Positions 50,293 through 60,350 are shown, numbered from the stretch's first letter. The stretch: DNA of 64,000 bases from Leptospiraceae bacterium (GCA_040217195.1 JAVJNR010000008.1:32001-96000), one strand, 5' to 3'. The notes: a model not told the origin generated them from the sequence alone. Numbers and translations: made by a program.

Positions 50293-50366
50293 CGGGGCAG
50301 ACGGGACTTGAACCCGCGACCTCCGGTGTGACAGACCGGCACTCTAACCAGCTGAGCTACTGCCCC
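50293..50366 (-). tRNA. tRNA-Asp (GTC)
   Basis: Reverse complement GGGGCAGTAGCTCAGCTGGTTAGAGTGCCGGTCTGTCACACCGG...GGTTCAAGTCCCGTCTGCCCCG. Confidence 0.96.
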
Positions 50367-50377
50367 TCAGCGATGCA

Positions 50378-50920
50378 CTACTTTTGAGGGCTCCGGCTGG
50401 CCGTCAAATCATTCCCGGATTGAAGGCGTGCCTGCCAGCGAAAAAAATCAGCCCAGAGTGGCTCGCGCAGTATCTTTAAGAAATAGAGTGAGAGTGGGAT
50501 TTGAAATAGTCCAAATAGAAAACCAGGTAACGGTACTATAGAAAATATCAGGGCGGTTTTGAGCCAGCCAGCACTGCTAAGATATCGGGCCATACCGCAG
50601 GCTATGAGTACGTAAAAACCATGGAGCATGGAATACAGAGCATAGATAACGATGGGGCGATATAGGACCGGCCTTTGTTGATGCATCTCTGGACTGGTAA
50701 TCTGATTGCTTCTGGTATCTATCGCAGGCTCCCCTGGAAGCAAAACCATGTTAGGATGCTTGCTCCCGATATAGAACAGGCTACCGGCCCAGATTAACTG
50801 GAGGACTGTCAGAGTAAGGGTTGCTCGAATCATTCGAAGGAAGCGGGGACGAATGATTCCTGGATGCTGAAACATCCTTGCCTGGCCCTGATTGGACTGT
50901 GTTTGCTCTGGATTTTCCAT
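50378..50920 (-). CDS. hypothetical membrane protein
   Basis: 180-aa ORF with three to four hydrophobic segments, co-oriented with its neighbours. Confidence 0.65.
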   Translation of the reverse strand: MENPEQTQSNQGQARMFQHPGIIRPRFLRMIRATLTLTVLQLIWAGSLFYIGSKHPNMVLLPGEPAIDTRSNQITSPEMHQQRPVLYRPIVIYALYSMLHGFYVLIACGMARYLSSAGWLKTALIFSIVPLPGFLFGLFQIPLSLYFLKILREPLWADFFRWQARLQSGNDLTASRSPQK

Positions 50921-50961
50921 CGTATTGTCCCAATAGGATCAGGCCAGCCAGCGTCGGGGAT

Positions 50962-51705
50962 TCAGGCAATGGATCCAGGGGCTGCCGGTGCAGGTACCTG
51001 AAATCTCTCTTCGGCTTCCTTCAAAGTCTCCAGATAGTATCTGTATCGTCTTCTCCTTCGATCCAGATCTTCACCAAAGCTTCTACTATCCGTGGTATAT
51101 ATTCTGGAGACGGCCAATTCTTCAATCGTCAGTTCCATTCTTCGACTGTAAGCCCAGAATTCCATGGGAAATGCATAGCCTGTTTCCTTGAATAAATCGG
51201 GATCAATGCCTTCCATTTTATATCTCTTAAAACCACAAAAGCTGTCCGAAAGTTTCCAGTCATAATGTCGATTGAGCCTGGCTGTAATTCGGGAGTTAAT
51301 CTCTACACGATCTGCCGGAGGGTTGCCCCGCGTTCGTGAATCCGGAAGATACCTGGATCCTGAGACTATATCAATGTCCTCATCCATTCCAATGAAACGG
51401 ATCAGATCGGCCGGTCGGTGCTGTCTGTCGCAATCCATAGTAATCAAATGGGAGTACCCATGTTTTCTGGCAATCTGCATGGACTCAATCATGGCGCAGC
51501 CATACCCATGATTGTCTTTGTGATGCCTCACAAAAATACCTTCATGGGTTTCAGTCAATTCATCCAGGAGTTGCGCAGATCCATCTGTGGAGCCATCGTC
51601 AATAGCAACGATGGCCTGAATCTGAGGCGGTAGATGATGTAGTATTTCGGAAAAGACCTCTTTTAGAGAGCCTGCCTCATTAAAAACCGGAATAGCCAGT
51701 AGCAT
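50962..51705 (-). CDS. GT2 glycosyltransferase (DPM1-like)
   Basis: IPVFNEA, IDDGSTDGS, N.GYG, MDCDRQH, GSRY, DSFCGFK. Confidence 0.92.
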   Translation of the reverse strand: MLLAIPVFNEAGSLKEVFSEILHHLPPQIQAIVAIDDGSTDGSAQLLDELTETHEGIFVRHHKDNHGYGCAMIESMQIARKHGYSHLITMDCDRQHRPADLIRFIGMDEDIDIVSGSRYLPDSRTRGNPPADRVEINSRITARLNRHYDWKLSDSFCGFKRYKMEGIDPDLFKETGYAFPMEFWAYSRRMELTIEELAVSRIYTTDSRSFGEDLDRRRRRYRYYLETLKEAEERFQVPAPAAPGSIA

Positions 51706-51792
51706 ATTATAGATTACCCATTGAGCCGCTCAATTGCCAGCATTTCGAAAAGATATTGATTCGCCGGAGGCCTCTTACATAAACAAACTGTT

Positions 51793-53484
51793 TTGTCAAA
51801 AGAAAGCAGCAAACATAAGAATAGCTCACCTCAATGGGTGATGGATACTCCGGAGCGCTCGGTGCGTTCTCTTTTTCGCTGGGGTTCCCCTGGAGTGTAC
51901 AAGCATCCCAATCCCAGATTGGTCAAGCTTATGATGGATAAGTTTCAACTGGGGCCCAGGGACTTGCAGGAGCCTGAGAATGCGGGTCTGGAAACCTTCT
52001 CTCAAGAAATAGCCACTGGTCTGAGCACACAGCAACAGGATGCTTTGACTTCCCTTCTGGGGCCGGAACAAGTATCTCTGGCTACCTACGATCGTATTAA
52101 AGCAGGCTATGGAAAAACAATGCTGGATCTGTTCAGGATTCGGTCAGGGAAACTGGAAAACATTCCCGATGCAGTGGTGTTTCCCAGAGATAGAAAGGAG
52201 ATAGTGGATGTGCTGCGTTTCGCAAGAGATCAGGGGATTGCACTGCAGACTAGAGGAGCCGGGTCCAGTGTAACCAGAGGATGTGAGGCGCCACGGGGAG
52301 GGATTACTCTGGATCTGAGCAAACACATGCATCGGATTCTCAAAATAAATTCAATCAATGAATCTGTGACCGTGGAAGCCGGTGCTCTGCTACCGGATCT
52401 GGAGCAGGAGTTGCAGAATGCAGCCCGAAATTCCGGCACCTACCATAATTATACTCTTGGACATTTTCCTCAATCCTATGAATTCGCAACCGTGGGAGGT
52501 GCCATTGTTACGAGAGGGGCAGGTCAGAATTCCACCTACTTTGGCAAGATCGAGACTATGGTATTGAGCCAGGACTATGTAACTGCCAATGGAGATCTGA
52601 TTACAAAAGAAATACCGGCTAGATCCATGGGCCCGGATCTGGATGCTATCATGATGGGATCGGAAGGAACTCTGGGTATTCTGGTTTCGGCAACTCTGAA
52701 GATTCGTCGGTACCTTCCTGGAAATACCAGGCGATTCAGCTACATGTTCAAGGACTTTGGCTCGGCCCTGGATGCAGTGAGAGAAGTGATGCAATCCCAG
52801 GAAGGAGTACCTTCGGTATTTCGATTATCTGATCCTGAAGAAACCGACGTGGCCATGCGACTGTATGGAGTTCATGGCACTCCTCTGGACACCATGCTCA
52901 AGCTGGGAGGTTACAAACCTTCTAAGCGCTGCCTGCTTCTGGGATCAGCGGATGGATCTCATCGTTATACTCGCATGGTGGCAGCAAGCGTTCGTCGCAA
53001 GGTTCGTCATTTTGGAGCATTCCCCACCACCAGCTTCGTTACCAGGAAATGGGAAAAAGGTCGATTCAAGGATCCCTATATGCGCGACGATTTGATGGAT
53101 TTTGGAGTCATCATAGATACTCTGGAGTGCTCCACGGACTGGGAGAATTTACCGCATGTACACCAATCGGTTCGCAAGGTATGCCATGAACTGGCCAATG
53201 TAGTGGTAATGAGTCATCTTTCCCATTTCTATCCGCAGGGAGCGAACCTGTATTTCATTTTTATTGGTAAGATGGGTTCGCAGCAATTCGTAGAATACCA
53301 TAGCCGTGTTGTGGATGCAATTGCACGGAGTGGGGCAGCCATCAGTCATCATCATGGAATTGGTCGCTTACTGGCTCCCTGGTATCCGGATGCAATTGGT
53401 ACTGTGGCCTTTGATCTGATTAAAGCTATTAAATCGCATATGGATCCGGATCAAACCCTGAATCCAGGAGTACTATCTCTGTAA
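51793..53484 (+). CDS. FAD-binding oxidoreductase, alkyl-DHAP-synthase-like
   Basis: PDAVVFP, GAGSSV, GHFPQSYEFATVGG, GSEGTLG, SHLSHFY, SHHHGIG, LNPG. Confidence 0.85.
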   Translation: MSKESSKHKNSSPQWVMDTPERSVRSLFRWGSPGVYKHPNPRLVKLMMDKFQLGPRDLQEPENAGLETFSQEIATGLSTQQQDALTSLLGPEQVSLATYDRIKAGYGKTMLDLFRIRSGKLENIPDAVVFPRDRKEIVDVLRFARDQGIALQTRGAGSSVTRGCEAPRGGITLDLSKHMHRILKINSINESVTVEAGALLPDLEQELQNAARNSGTYHNYTLGHFPQSYEFATVGGAIVTRGAGQNSTYFGKIETMVLSQDYVTANGDLITKEIPARSMGPDLDAIMMGSEGTLGILVSATLKIRRYLPGNTRRFSYMFKDFGSALDAVREVMQSQEGVPSVFRLSDPEETDVAMRLYGVHGTPLDTMLKLGGYKPSKRCLLLGSADGSHRYTRMVAASVRRKVRHFGAFPTTSFVTRKWEKGRFKDPYMRDDLMDFGVIIDTLECSTDWENLPHVHQSVRKVCHELANVVVMSHLSHFYPQGANLYFIFIGKMGSQQFVEYHSRVVDAIARSGAAISHHHGIGRLLAPWYPDAIGTVAFDLIKAIKSHMDPDQTLNPGVLSL

Positions 53485-53495
53485 GGAAAGACCCC

Positions 53496-55136
53496 ATGAA
53501 ACGATACATAGAAACAGTGGAAGGCCAGTCTTCTGAAGAATTCGACCTTGTGATTATTGGAGGTGGCATTTCCGGAGCCTGCGTTGCCTATGAAGCGGCC
53601 AGTCGCGGGTTGTCCGTGGCTCTATTCGAGAAATCGGACTTTGGTGGAGCAACATCGGCAGCCACATCCAAATTGATCCATGGAGGATTGCGATACTTAA
53701 ATTACCTGGAATTTGGACTGGTGCGCGAAAGTCTCAGGGAGCGGCGAATTCTGGAAGACATTGCTCCCAATCTGGTCTATCCGCTTCCTTTCTTGATTCC
53801 AAATTATGGAAATCTTAAATCTAATCGATGGATCATAAAAGCAGGCATGCTCCTGTATGATCTTCTTTCATTTGATAAAGGGCATACCAGGCATCAATCC
53901 AAGAAATTGCCTCATCATCGTAGTCTGAAGAAATCCAGAGTACTGGAAATTGCGCCCATGCTACCTGCACAGGGACTGACCGGCGGCGCAGTCTATTACG
54001 ATTGTCAGAGTATTGCACCGGAAAGACTAACTCTAGCTTTCATTAAATCGGCAGCCGCTTTTGGAGCCAGAGTCAGTAACTATTCTGAAGTCATTCACCT
54101 GGAAAAAGAAAATAATCGATTTCGATGGGCCACGATTAAGGATTCCATCAGTGGTCGGGAGATTCGAATCAAGGCAAACCTTTTTGTAAATAGTGGTGGT
54201 CCCTGGGCCGAGCGTATTATCAAGAAGGTATCCGGCCAGCAAACCGCTCATTCAGTGAGAATGTCGGAAGGAATTCATATTATTGGACCTCAGGTCACCA
54301 GAGACCATGCACTGGTGATGCTCACTCCTGGAGGGAGGCATTTCTTTGCCATCCCCTGGAGAGGACATAGCCTGTTTGGTACCACAGACAAAGGTTACCA
54401 GGGAAATCCAGATGACTATCAGGTGAGCAAGGATAGCATCGATGAATTCATTGAGGAGATCAATTCATCGTTTGAAAAGCCAATCCTGGATTATTCCAAC
54501 ATCGTACATGCTTATGGCGGCCTTCGTCCGCTTACAGACACTCATACAGAAAGCACGTACAAATCTTCCAGAAAATATGAAATCATTGATGGAGAAAAGG
54601 AAGGCCTGGCCGGACTACTTACGGTGGAGGGCGGAAAATACACCACCAGCCGAAACCTGGCACAGAGCACTTTGAAGTTTATTGCAAAAAAGCTTAAGAT
54701 TCGATTGCCCGGATCTGAAACGGCCCGTCGTCCCCTGGTGGGCTGCGACATTCCAGCGCTTACAGATTTCCTCAGTTCTCGGCGGGAGGTTTATCCAGAT
54801 TTCGAAGGAAACACTCTTCACTCTCTGGCCACCTCCTATGGCACGGAAATGGAAGAGGTAATCCAATTGGCCAGGGAAAAACCAGAATGGAAAGAAAGTC
54901 TGAATGCAGATGGAGAGCTATTGGCCCAGGTGGTCTATGCAGTACGCAAGGAGATGGCGGTGCATCTGCTTGATGTGCTTCAGAGACGTACAGGTCTGGG
55001 AACCCTGGGCCTTCCGGATTCGCAAAAACTAGAAAAAATAGCAGAGACCATGGCTTCTGAGCTGGGCTGGAGTGGGGAGCAAACCTCCAGTGAACTGGAG
55101 TTGGCCAAAAAGAAGTTGTCACTGCCCTTCCACTAA
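53496..55136 (+). CDS. glpD: glycerol-3-phosphate dehydrogenase/oxidase
   Basis: IIGGGISG, TSKLIHGGLRYL, GTTD, GLRPL, GGKYTT, RRT.LG. Confidence 0.88.
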   Translation: MKRYIETVEGQSSEEFDLVIIGGGISGACVAYEAASRGLSVALFEKSDFGGATSAATSKLIHGGLRYLNYLEFGLVRESLRERRILEDIAPNLVYPLPFLIPNYGNLKSNRWIIKAGMLLYDLLSFDKGHTRHQSKKLPHHRSLKKSRVLEIAPMLPAQGLTGGAVYYDCQSIAPERLTLAFIKSAAAFGARVSNYSEVIHLEKENNRFRWATIKDSISGREIRIKANLFVNSGGPWAERIIKKVSGQQTAHSVRMSEGIHIIGPQVTRDHALVMLTPGGRHFFAIPWRGHSLFGTTDKGYQGNPDDYQVSKDSIDEFIEEINSSFEKPILDYSNIVHAYGGLRPLTDTHTESTYKSSRKYEIIDGEKEGLAGLLTVEGGKYTTSRNLAQSTLKFIAKKLKIRLPGSETARRPLVGCDIPALTDFLSSRREVYPDFEGNTLHSLATSYGTEMEEVIQLAREKPEWKESLNADGELLAQVVYAVRKEMAVHLLDVLQRRTGLGTLGLPDSQKLEKIAETMASELGWSGEQTSSELELAKKKLSLPFH

Positions 55137-55291
55137 TGGTAAAGCTCCTTGCCAGCGAATCATTGCGTTACATGGAATGGTCCTGTGAATTCCCGTATCG
55201 CTTATTGATTCGTACCTACAGTGTTTAATGGTACACTTCCCTACGAAAAGAAGTGAAATCAACCGACTAGAAAATAGGAATCGAGAAGTTC

Positions 55292-56209
55292 ATGAAGCGA
55301 TTGATTATTTTGAATCCCAAGAGCCGAGCCGGAAATGCAAGGTCTGCCTTCAAAGCTCTGGAGGGTGAGATTCGCAAGAAACTGGGGCCCTTCGAACTAT
55401 ACGAAACCTCGGGACCCATGGATGCCAGCGGCCGAGTGCGCCAGGCATTAAAAGATAAAAAATTCGGCCAGATCATTGTGGCCGGAGGCGATGGAAGCAT
55501 AAACGAAGCTGTCAACGGCTATTTCGAAAACGGAAAGATCATCAATCAAAAGGTTCCTCTGGGTGTTATATCCATGGGCACAGGAAGCGACTTTATCAAG
55601 ACTTTGCGACAACTGAGTGCAGTCTATGATGTGGCTCTGCAAAAAAATACCTTCAAACTGGTAGATGTGGGCCAGGTCCGATCAGAGAAAGATCAGCGAT
55701 TCTTTATCAATATTGCATCTGCCGGTATCGCAGGAAAGATCATGGAAAGTTTAAAGTCCTCTCGCTTTCAGCATGGTTCGCCAGCCTATTATTTTCATAC
55801 AGTGAAATCTCTATTCCTTTACAATCCGGAGCAGGTAAAGCTTACCTACGAAGATGAACACGGTCATTTTCATACACAGGAGCTCAAGCTTCTCAATTTT
55901 TTTGCCTGCAATGGTCGATTCAACGGGGGGGGAATGAACTGGGCTCCTGCCGCAGATTTACAGGATGGACTGTTCAACGGATTGATTGTGGGCGATGTAA
56001 GTAAGACCCGGATGGTGATGGCCAGTTCCCGGGTGTATGCTGGTCACATTGAGGGATTTCCCGGTGCAACCGAGTTTAAGGCCAGGCGAATGACTCTGGA
56101 AAGCAAGAAAAGAATTCTGGGCGAGGCAGATGGAGAGGTCTATGGGTCAGATGCGCCGGCAAGAGTGGATTACGAATTATTTCCTGCCTGCTTTCCTCTG
56201 GTTCTTTAA
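55292..56209 (+). CDS. diacylglycerol/lipid kinase family (YegS/DAGK-like)
   Basis: NPKS, GGDGSINE..NG, GTGSDF, NGRFNGGG, DGE. Confidence 0.9.
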   Translation: MKRLIILNPKSRAGNARSAFKALEGEIRKKLGPFELYETSGPMDASGRVRQALKDKKFGQIIVAGGDGSINEAVNGYFENGKIINQKVPLGVISMGTGSDFIKTLRQLSAVYDVALQKNTFKLVDVGQVRSEKDQRFFINIASAGIAGKIMESLKSSRFQHGSPAYYFHTVKSLFLYNPEQVKLTYEDEHGHFHTQELKLLNFFACNGRFNGGGMNWAPAADLQDGLFNGLIVGDVSKTRMVMASSRVYAGHIEGFPGATEFKARRMTLESKKRILGEADGEVYGSDAPARVDYELFPACFPLVL

Positions 56210-56210
56210 G

Positions 56211-56810
56211 TTAGACTTCAGATTTCGCTTTCTGGCCGCGGGGGATTAGATCCTTTTCCAGACTAAAGTTTGTAATTAGCAGCCCGTTTCTAGGCACCTG
56301 GTTTTCGGTGACCAGGCGAAACCCTTTCTTTTCGAAGAAGGGCCGGGCTAGATGCGAAGCATCCACCGTTAGCTTTTTTAGACCAAGATCCAGGGCCTTT
56401 TTTTCAATTTCTCCATAGAGCTTGCTCGAAATACCCATTCGCTGGTATTCTGTAGAAACATAAGCCAGATCCACATGTCCTACCGGCCCTGGATCTAGAG
56501 AGGATTGCAGTTCCAGATTCATGAACCCCACCAGGGGATTGGACACCGGGTTTTTTGAATCGATGGATGGCTGATTGATGGCAGTGGGCTCGGAAGGAGC
56601 TTCGGTAGCAAGAATTGCGAATATGGGCGGGGCTTTTTGAAACCGAATGATCCATTCGGAGATTTCCGGCGGTTCAGGAGACCAGGCTTGTTGTTCTTCT
56701 CTTGAATAGATGGATGGATCAATGGAATGTATGATGGAATGATAGAGGCTTGTTGCTTTAGCCACAATCTCGAACTGAGCCTGTTCAGAAGGCAGGTTCT
56801 CAAACCTCAT
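56211..56810 (-). CDS. GNAT acetyltransferase (YafP-like)
   Basis: YS.EEQ.AW, YV..EYQRMGI, AS.LARPFFEK.GF. Confidence 0.85.
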   Translation of the reverse strand: MRFENLPSEQAQFEIVAKATSLYHSIIHSIDPSIYSREEQQAWSPEPPEISEWIIRFQKAPPIFAILATEAPSEPTAINQPSIDSKNPVSNPLVGFMNLELQSSLDPGPVGHVDLAYVSTEYQRMGISSKLYGEIEKKALDLGLKKLTVDASHLARPFFEKKGFRLVTENQVPRNGLLITNFSLEKDLIPRGQKAKSEV

Positions 56811-57067
56811 AAGGATTACTTCCAATTTAAGCTACCTCTTCGTTCGGTGCAGTTTGACTATCATTTTCGGGTTCCAAAAACGATCGAAAACCTTGCACTT
56901 TCAGACGGATGGGCTACCTGTTCTGGTAGAAATCAGCTAAACTATGGCACCGATCTAATAAAAGCTTAACGTAGTTACTAGGCTGCACGCTGCCAATTCC
57001 CGGCATCGCAATCTGCCGCCTACAATTTCCAGGCAATGAGCCGAATCAGAGAGGCTTTTTACCTAAT

Positions 57068-58525
57068 CTAATTGGCAGCTTTCATCTTTTCTATCGTTTC
57101 ATCGATCAAACGATTTACTTCTGCAGGAGGGGCCTGACCCCGGGTAGCTTTCATGATCTGTCCCACCAGAAAGCCTTTCACCCGGTCCTTTCCATTCATA
57201 ATATCATTAACCTGTTCTGGATTGTCTGCAAAGACCATTTCCACGATGGCAGGTAGATCGGATGTGTCCACAGGCTTGTAATCGTACTTTTCGATGATAT
57301 CGTCGATTTCCATTTTTTCTTCGTAGCAATGCTCGAAGACCTGTTTTGCAATTCTTTGAGTGAATTTCTTTTCGTTTAGATACTGGATGATTTTTCCCAG
57401 ACGATCGGGATTAACAAAGAAATCTTCAATTTCTATATCCAGTTTGTTTACGATTCCCAGAACTTCATCCTTAACCCAGTTGGATGATTTCTTGGGATCC
57501 TCTGTGATTCGTACCACTTCTTCGTAGTAGGCAGAGGTTTCCTTTTCCCTGGTTAATACATCTGCATCATACTCTGGCAGTCCATATTCAGAAGCGTATC
57601 GCTGTCTCTTCTGAGCTGGCAGCTCTGGCATATCCTTGCGTACTTTTTCAATTAGATCTTCCTCTATAACAAACTCTGGAAGATCAGGATCTGGAAAATA
57701 ACGGTAATCCTCTGCATTTTCCTTGGTTCGCATTAGACGGGTTTCACGCTTGTCTGCATCCCAGAGTACTGTGGATTGTACAATTTTCTGTCCGGATTCA
57801 ATGAGTGCGATTTGTTCTTCGATCTGATAGTCGATGGCTGCCCTTACTGCCTTGAAGGAATTCAGGTTCTTTATCTCTACACGAGTTCCGAACGGAGCAT
57901 CCGGACCCTTTCGCACGGAAACGTTTGCATCGCATCGCAAAGATCCCATTTCCATATTGCCGTCCGTGACTTCCACGGCACGAAGGATGCTTCGAAGTGT
58001 TTGGAGATAGTAGTAGGCATCTTCAGAACTGCGTAGATCCGGTTCAGAAACAATTTCTAGAAGTGGAACTCCTGCACGGTTAAGATCCACAAAGGATACT
58101 GCTTCTGTTCCCCCCTGACCATGCAGTAGTTTTCCTGCATCTTCTTCCATATGAATTCGATGGATGCGAATCGTAGTGTCCTGTTCCGCATCTTTCTTGC
58201 GAAAAGCTACTTTGCCTCCGGTCGCATAGGGTCTATCGTACTGGGAAATCTGATATCCCTTCGGTAGATCCGGATAGAAATAATGTTTCCGATCAAAGCG
58301 AGTATGTCGGTTGATTTCACAGTCCAGAGCCAGCGCTGCAGTTAGAGCCATCTCCATTACGCTTTCATTCAGAACGGGAAGGGCTCCTGGGAGTCCCAGG
58401 GTTACGGGCCCGGCCTGGGTATTGGCTGCGCCACCGTACCGGTATGGATCCGTGGAGAAGATCTTGGTTTTGGTCTTCAGCTGGCAGTGCACTTCCAGGC
58501 CGATTACTGGCTCGTAATGACTCAT
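57068..58525 (-). CDS. gatB: Asp/Glu-tRNA amidotransferase subunit B
   Basis: VIGLEVH, RKHYFYPDLPKGYQISQ, EEDAGK, RCDANVS, DYRYFPDPDL. Confidence 0.98.
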   Translation of the reverse strand: MSHYEPVIGLEVHCQLKTKTKIFSTDPYRYGGAANTQAGPVTLGLPGALPVLNESVMEMALTAALALDCEINRHTRFDRKHYFYPDLPKGYQISQYDRPYATGGKVAFRKKDAEQDTTIRIHRIHMEEDAGKLLHGQGGTEAVSFVDLNRAGVPLLEIVSEPDLRSSEDAYYYLQTLRSILRAVEVTDGNMEMGSLRCDANVSVRKGPDAPFGTRVEIKNLNSFKAVRAAIDYQIEEQIALIESGQKIVQSTVLWDADKRETRLMRTKENAEDYRYFPDPDLPEFVIEEDLIEKVRKDMPELPAQKRQRYASEYGLPEYDADVLTREKETSAYYEEVVRITEDPKKSSNWVKDEVLGIVNKLDIEIEDFFVNPDRLGKIIQYLNEKKFTQRIAKQVFEHCYEEKMEIDDIIEKYDYKPVDTSDLPAIVEMVFADNPEQVNDIMNGKDRVKGFLVGQIMKATRGQAPPAEVNRLIDETIEKMKAAN

Positions 58526-58603
58526 ACCCCCGGTTTTTCAGTGGAAAGGACCAGGGCAAGCAAAATCACTTTCCAGGCCAGCCCCTTTCTGGAAAGCTGG
58601 GTT

Positions 58604-59362
58604 GTGGTCACAATCGCAATTGCCAATCAAAAGGGTGGCGTGGGAAAAACTACCACAGCTGTGAATCTGGCGGATGGCCTGGCCCGAAGGGGACATGAAA
58701 CCCTGCTTGTGGATCTGGATGCCCAGGGTAATGCTACCTCCATATTTAGCGATCCGCCGGCCAGGGAGGAATCCGTGCATGAGCTGTTTCGCTCCCGGAC
58801 TCCGGCAGCGCAGCTGGCTCGCAATACTACAAACGAAAAATTGAAGCTTCTGCCTTCGGTACTGGAACTTGCAGAAATAGAAACCTTACTTGCTGGTAAT
58901 GTGGATGGATTCTTCAGGCTCCGGGAAGGGCTTAGTTATGAATCGGGCGGTCCGGAATATATCATAATGGATTGTCCTCCGAATCTGGGCCTTCTGACCT
59001 TGAATGCATTTATCGCAGCCGATTACTGTATATTGCCTATCATGGCCAGTCGGTTTTCGCTGGATGGAATTCGCACAATGCTGGATACTCTGGAAACAGT
59101 TCATCATAGATTCTCCCAGGAACTTAAAATTCTGGGTGCTTTAATGACTATGTACAATGATCGAACTGCCATCAGCGGTGCCGTTCTGGAACCTGTGGAA
59201 GAGATGATTTCTGTGTTCAAGACCAGAATCAGCCGATCGGTGCAGGTAGAGGAAGCCCATTTGATGAGACAGACTCTGTTCGAATATCAGCCCGGCGGAA
59301 AAATTACCAGGGAATATCAAGCTTTGATTCAGGAAGTTCTGGATGGCATCGAAAAAGGATAA
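58604..59362 (+). CDS. ParA/Soj-family ATPase
   Basis: IANQKGGVGKTT, DLDAQGN, DCPP, Y..L..E. Start assigned to GTG 58604. Confidence 0.92.
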   Translation: MVTIAIANQKGGVGKTTTAVNLADGLARRGHETLLVDLDAQGNATSIFSDPPAREESVHELFRSRTPAAQLARNTTNEKLKLLPSVLELAEIETLLAGNVDGFFRLREGLSYESGGPEYIIMDCPPNLGLLTLNAFIAADYCILPIMASRFSLDGIRTMLDTLETVHHRFSQELKILGALMTMYNDRTAISGAVLEPVEEMISVFKTRISRSVQVEEAHLMRQTLFEYQPGGKITREYQALIQEVLDGIEKG

Positions 59363-60350
59363 ATTTCGAAAAGAAGTGAAAAAGAGTCTGGGCCAGGATG
59401 ATCCTTCGATGGAAGGCATTGTAGGCGAGATTGCAGGCCGCCGAACCGAGAAATCAAGAAAAGAGGAAGATGGTTCGCAGCAAAAGATGGACACCTCTGA
59501 AAGCAGGGCCCCCTCTAAGCCAGAGGCAGAAAAGCCAGGCAATTCAGACACGGATCAAACGGCGGATCCGTCCGATACTCCGTCCGGCCCGGAATTTCTG
59601 GAAGAAGTGGACGAAGCCAGGGCCTCGGATAGCTCCAGAATCGATACCGATTCCGAAACCAGCTCTGAGAATCCAGAATCAGAGAATTCCAATAAGGAAG
59701 AACCATCGGGTAGAATCGATAAAGTGGCCGGCAAATCCGGATCCCGGGAAAAAACTTCCGCCGGAGTCCGAGAAAACTCATCCACGGGCCGATCAGAAAG
59801 AATTGATTCCACAGGACACAGTAAAAAAACGGGGGCCAGGCCTATGGCACGTAAAAGAGAAAGCATCTATAATGTTTCCAGCGACATCCGTCTGGAAGAC
59901 TACACGGAAGCCGATCGACAGAAGAGCAACAATTCGCTATTCAAAATGGCCGGAGTTGTGGCAGTACTGTTGCTTCTGGGATTTGTAATCTGGCAAGCAG
60001 CTATGTATCTTATGGCTCCTTCCTATCAGCTTGCTATGTCCAACCAGGAGATTACCGGTGCAAACATAGAGCAATTTACGGCGGATCCGGTGTCCCGGTT
60101 ATCGGCTGCATCGCCAGTTCATATTCGATTTCAATGGCCTGCCGGCGAGCTCAAGACCGACTACTTGAAGATCCTTGTGGAAAGGGCTGAAGGCTCCACC
60201 TATGTGGAAGAAGCCGTGCTGGGCCGAAGGCCTCCCAGAACTGCCAGCTATATCTATTTCATGGGTCCTCTGGATGCCGGTAAATACCGGGTTCAGGTTC
60301 TGGATGCATCTGGTTCGGTACTGGCAGATCGAGATCTGGAGCTGCAGTAA
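59343..60350 (+). CDS. hypothetical bitopic membrane protein with a disordered N-terminus
   Basis: Basic N-terminal peptide, about 130 aa S/E/D/K/P-rich linker, one TM, beta-rich C-terminal domain; overlaps the parA stop. Confidence 0.75.
   Translation: MASKKDKFRKEVKKSLGQDDPSMEGIVGEIAGRRTEKSRKEEDGSQQKMDTSESRAPSKPEAEKPGNSDTDQTADPSDTPSGPEFLEEVDEARASDSSRIDTDSETSSENPESENSNKEEPSGRIDKVAGKSGSREKTSAGVRENSSTGRSERIDSTGHSKKTGARPMARKRESIYNVSSDIRLEDYTEADRQKSNNSLFKMAGVVAVLLLLGFVIWQAAMYLMAPSYQLAMSNQEITGANIEQFTADPVSRLSAASPVHIRFQWPAGELKTDYLKILVERAEGSTYVEEAVLGRRPPRTASYIYFMGPLDAGKYRVQVLDASGSVLADRDLELQ

Noticed and set aside
49692..50342. Several short ORFs over the repeat and tRNA-Asp region
   Set aside because: They translate the repeat or tRNA in multiple frames, with no RBS or family motifs.
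56826..57067. Possible ncRNA between the GNAT gene and gatB
   Set aside because: No tmRNA, RNase P, SRP or riboswitch hallmark recognisable by eye.
59431..59988. 185-aa alternative-frame ORF within the ParA partner gene
   Set aside because: Arg/Pro-rich by-product of low-complexity sequence; the main frame is continuous, so no frameshift is needed.
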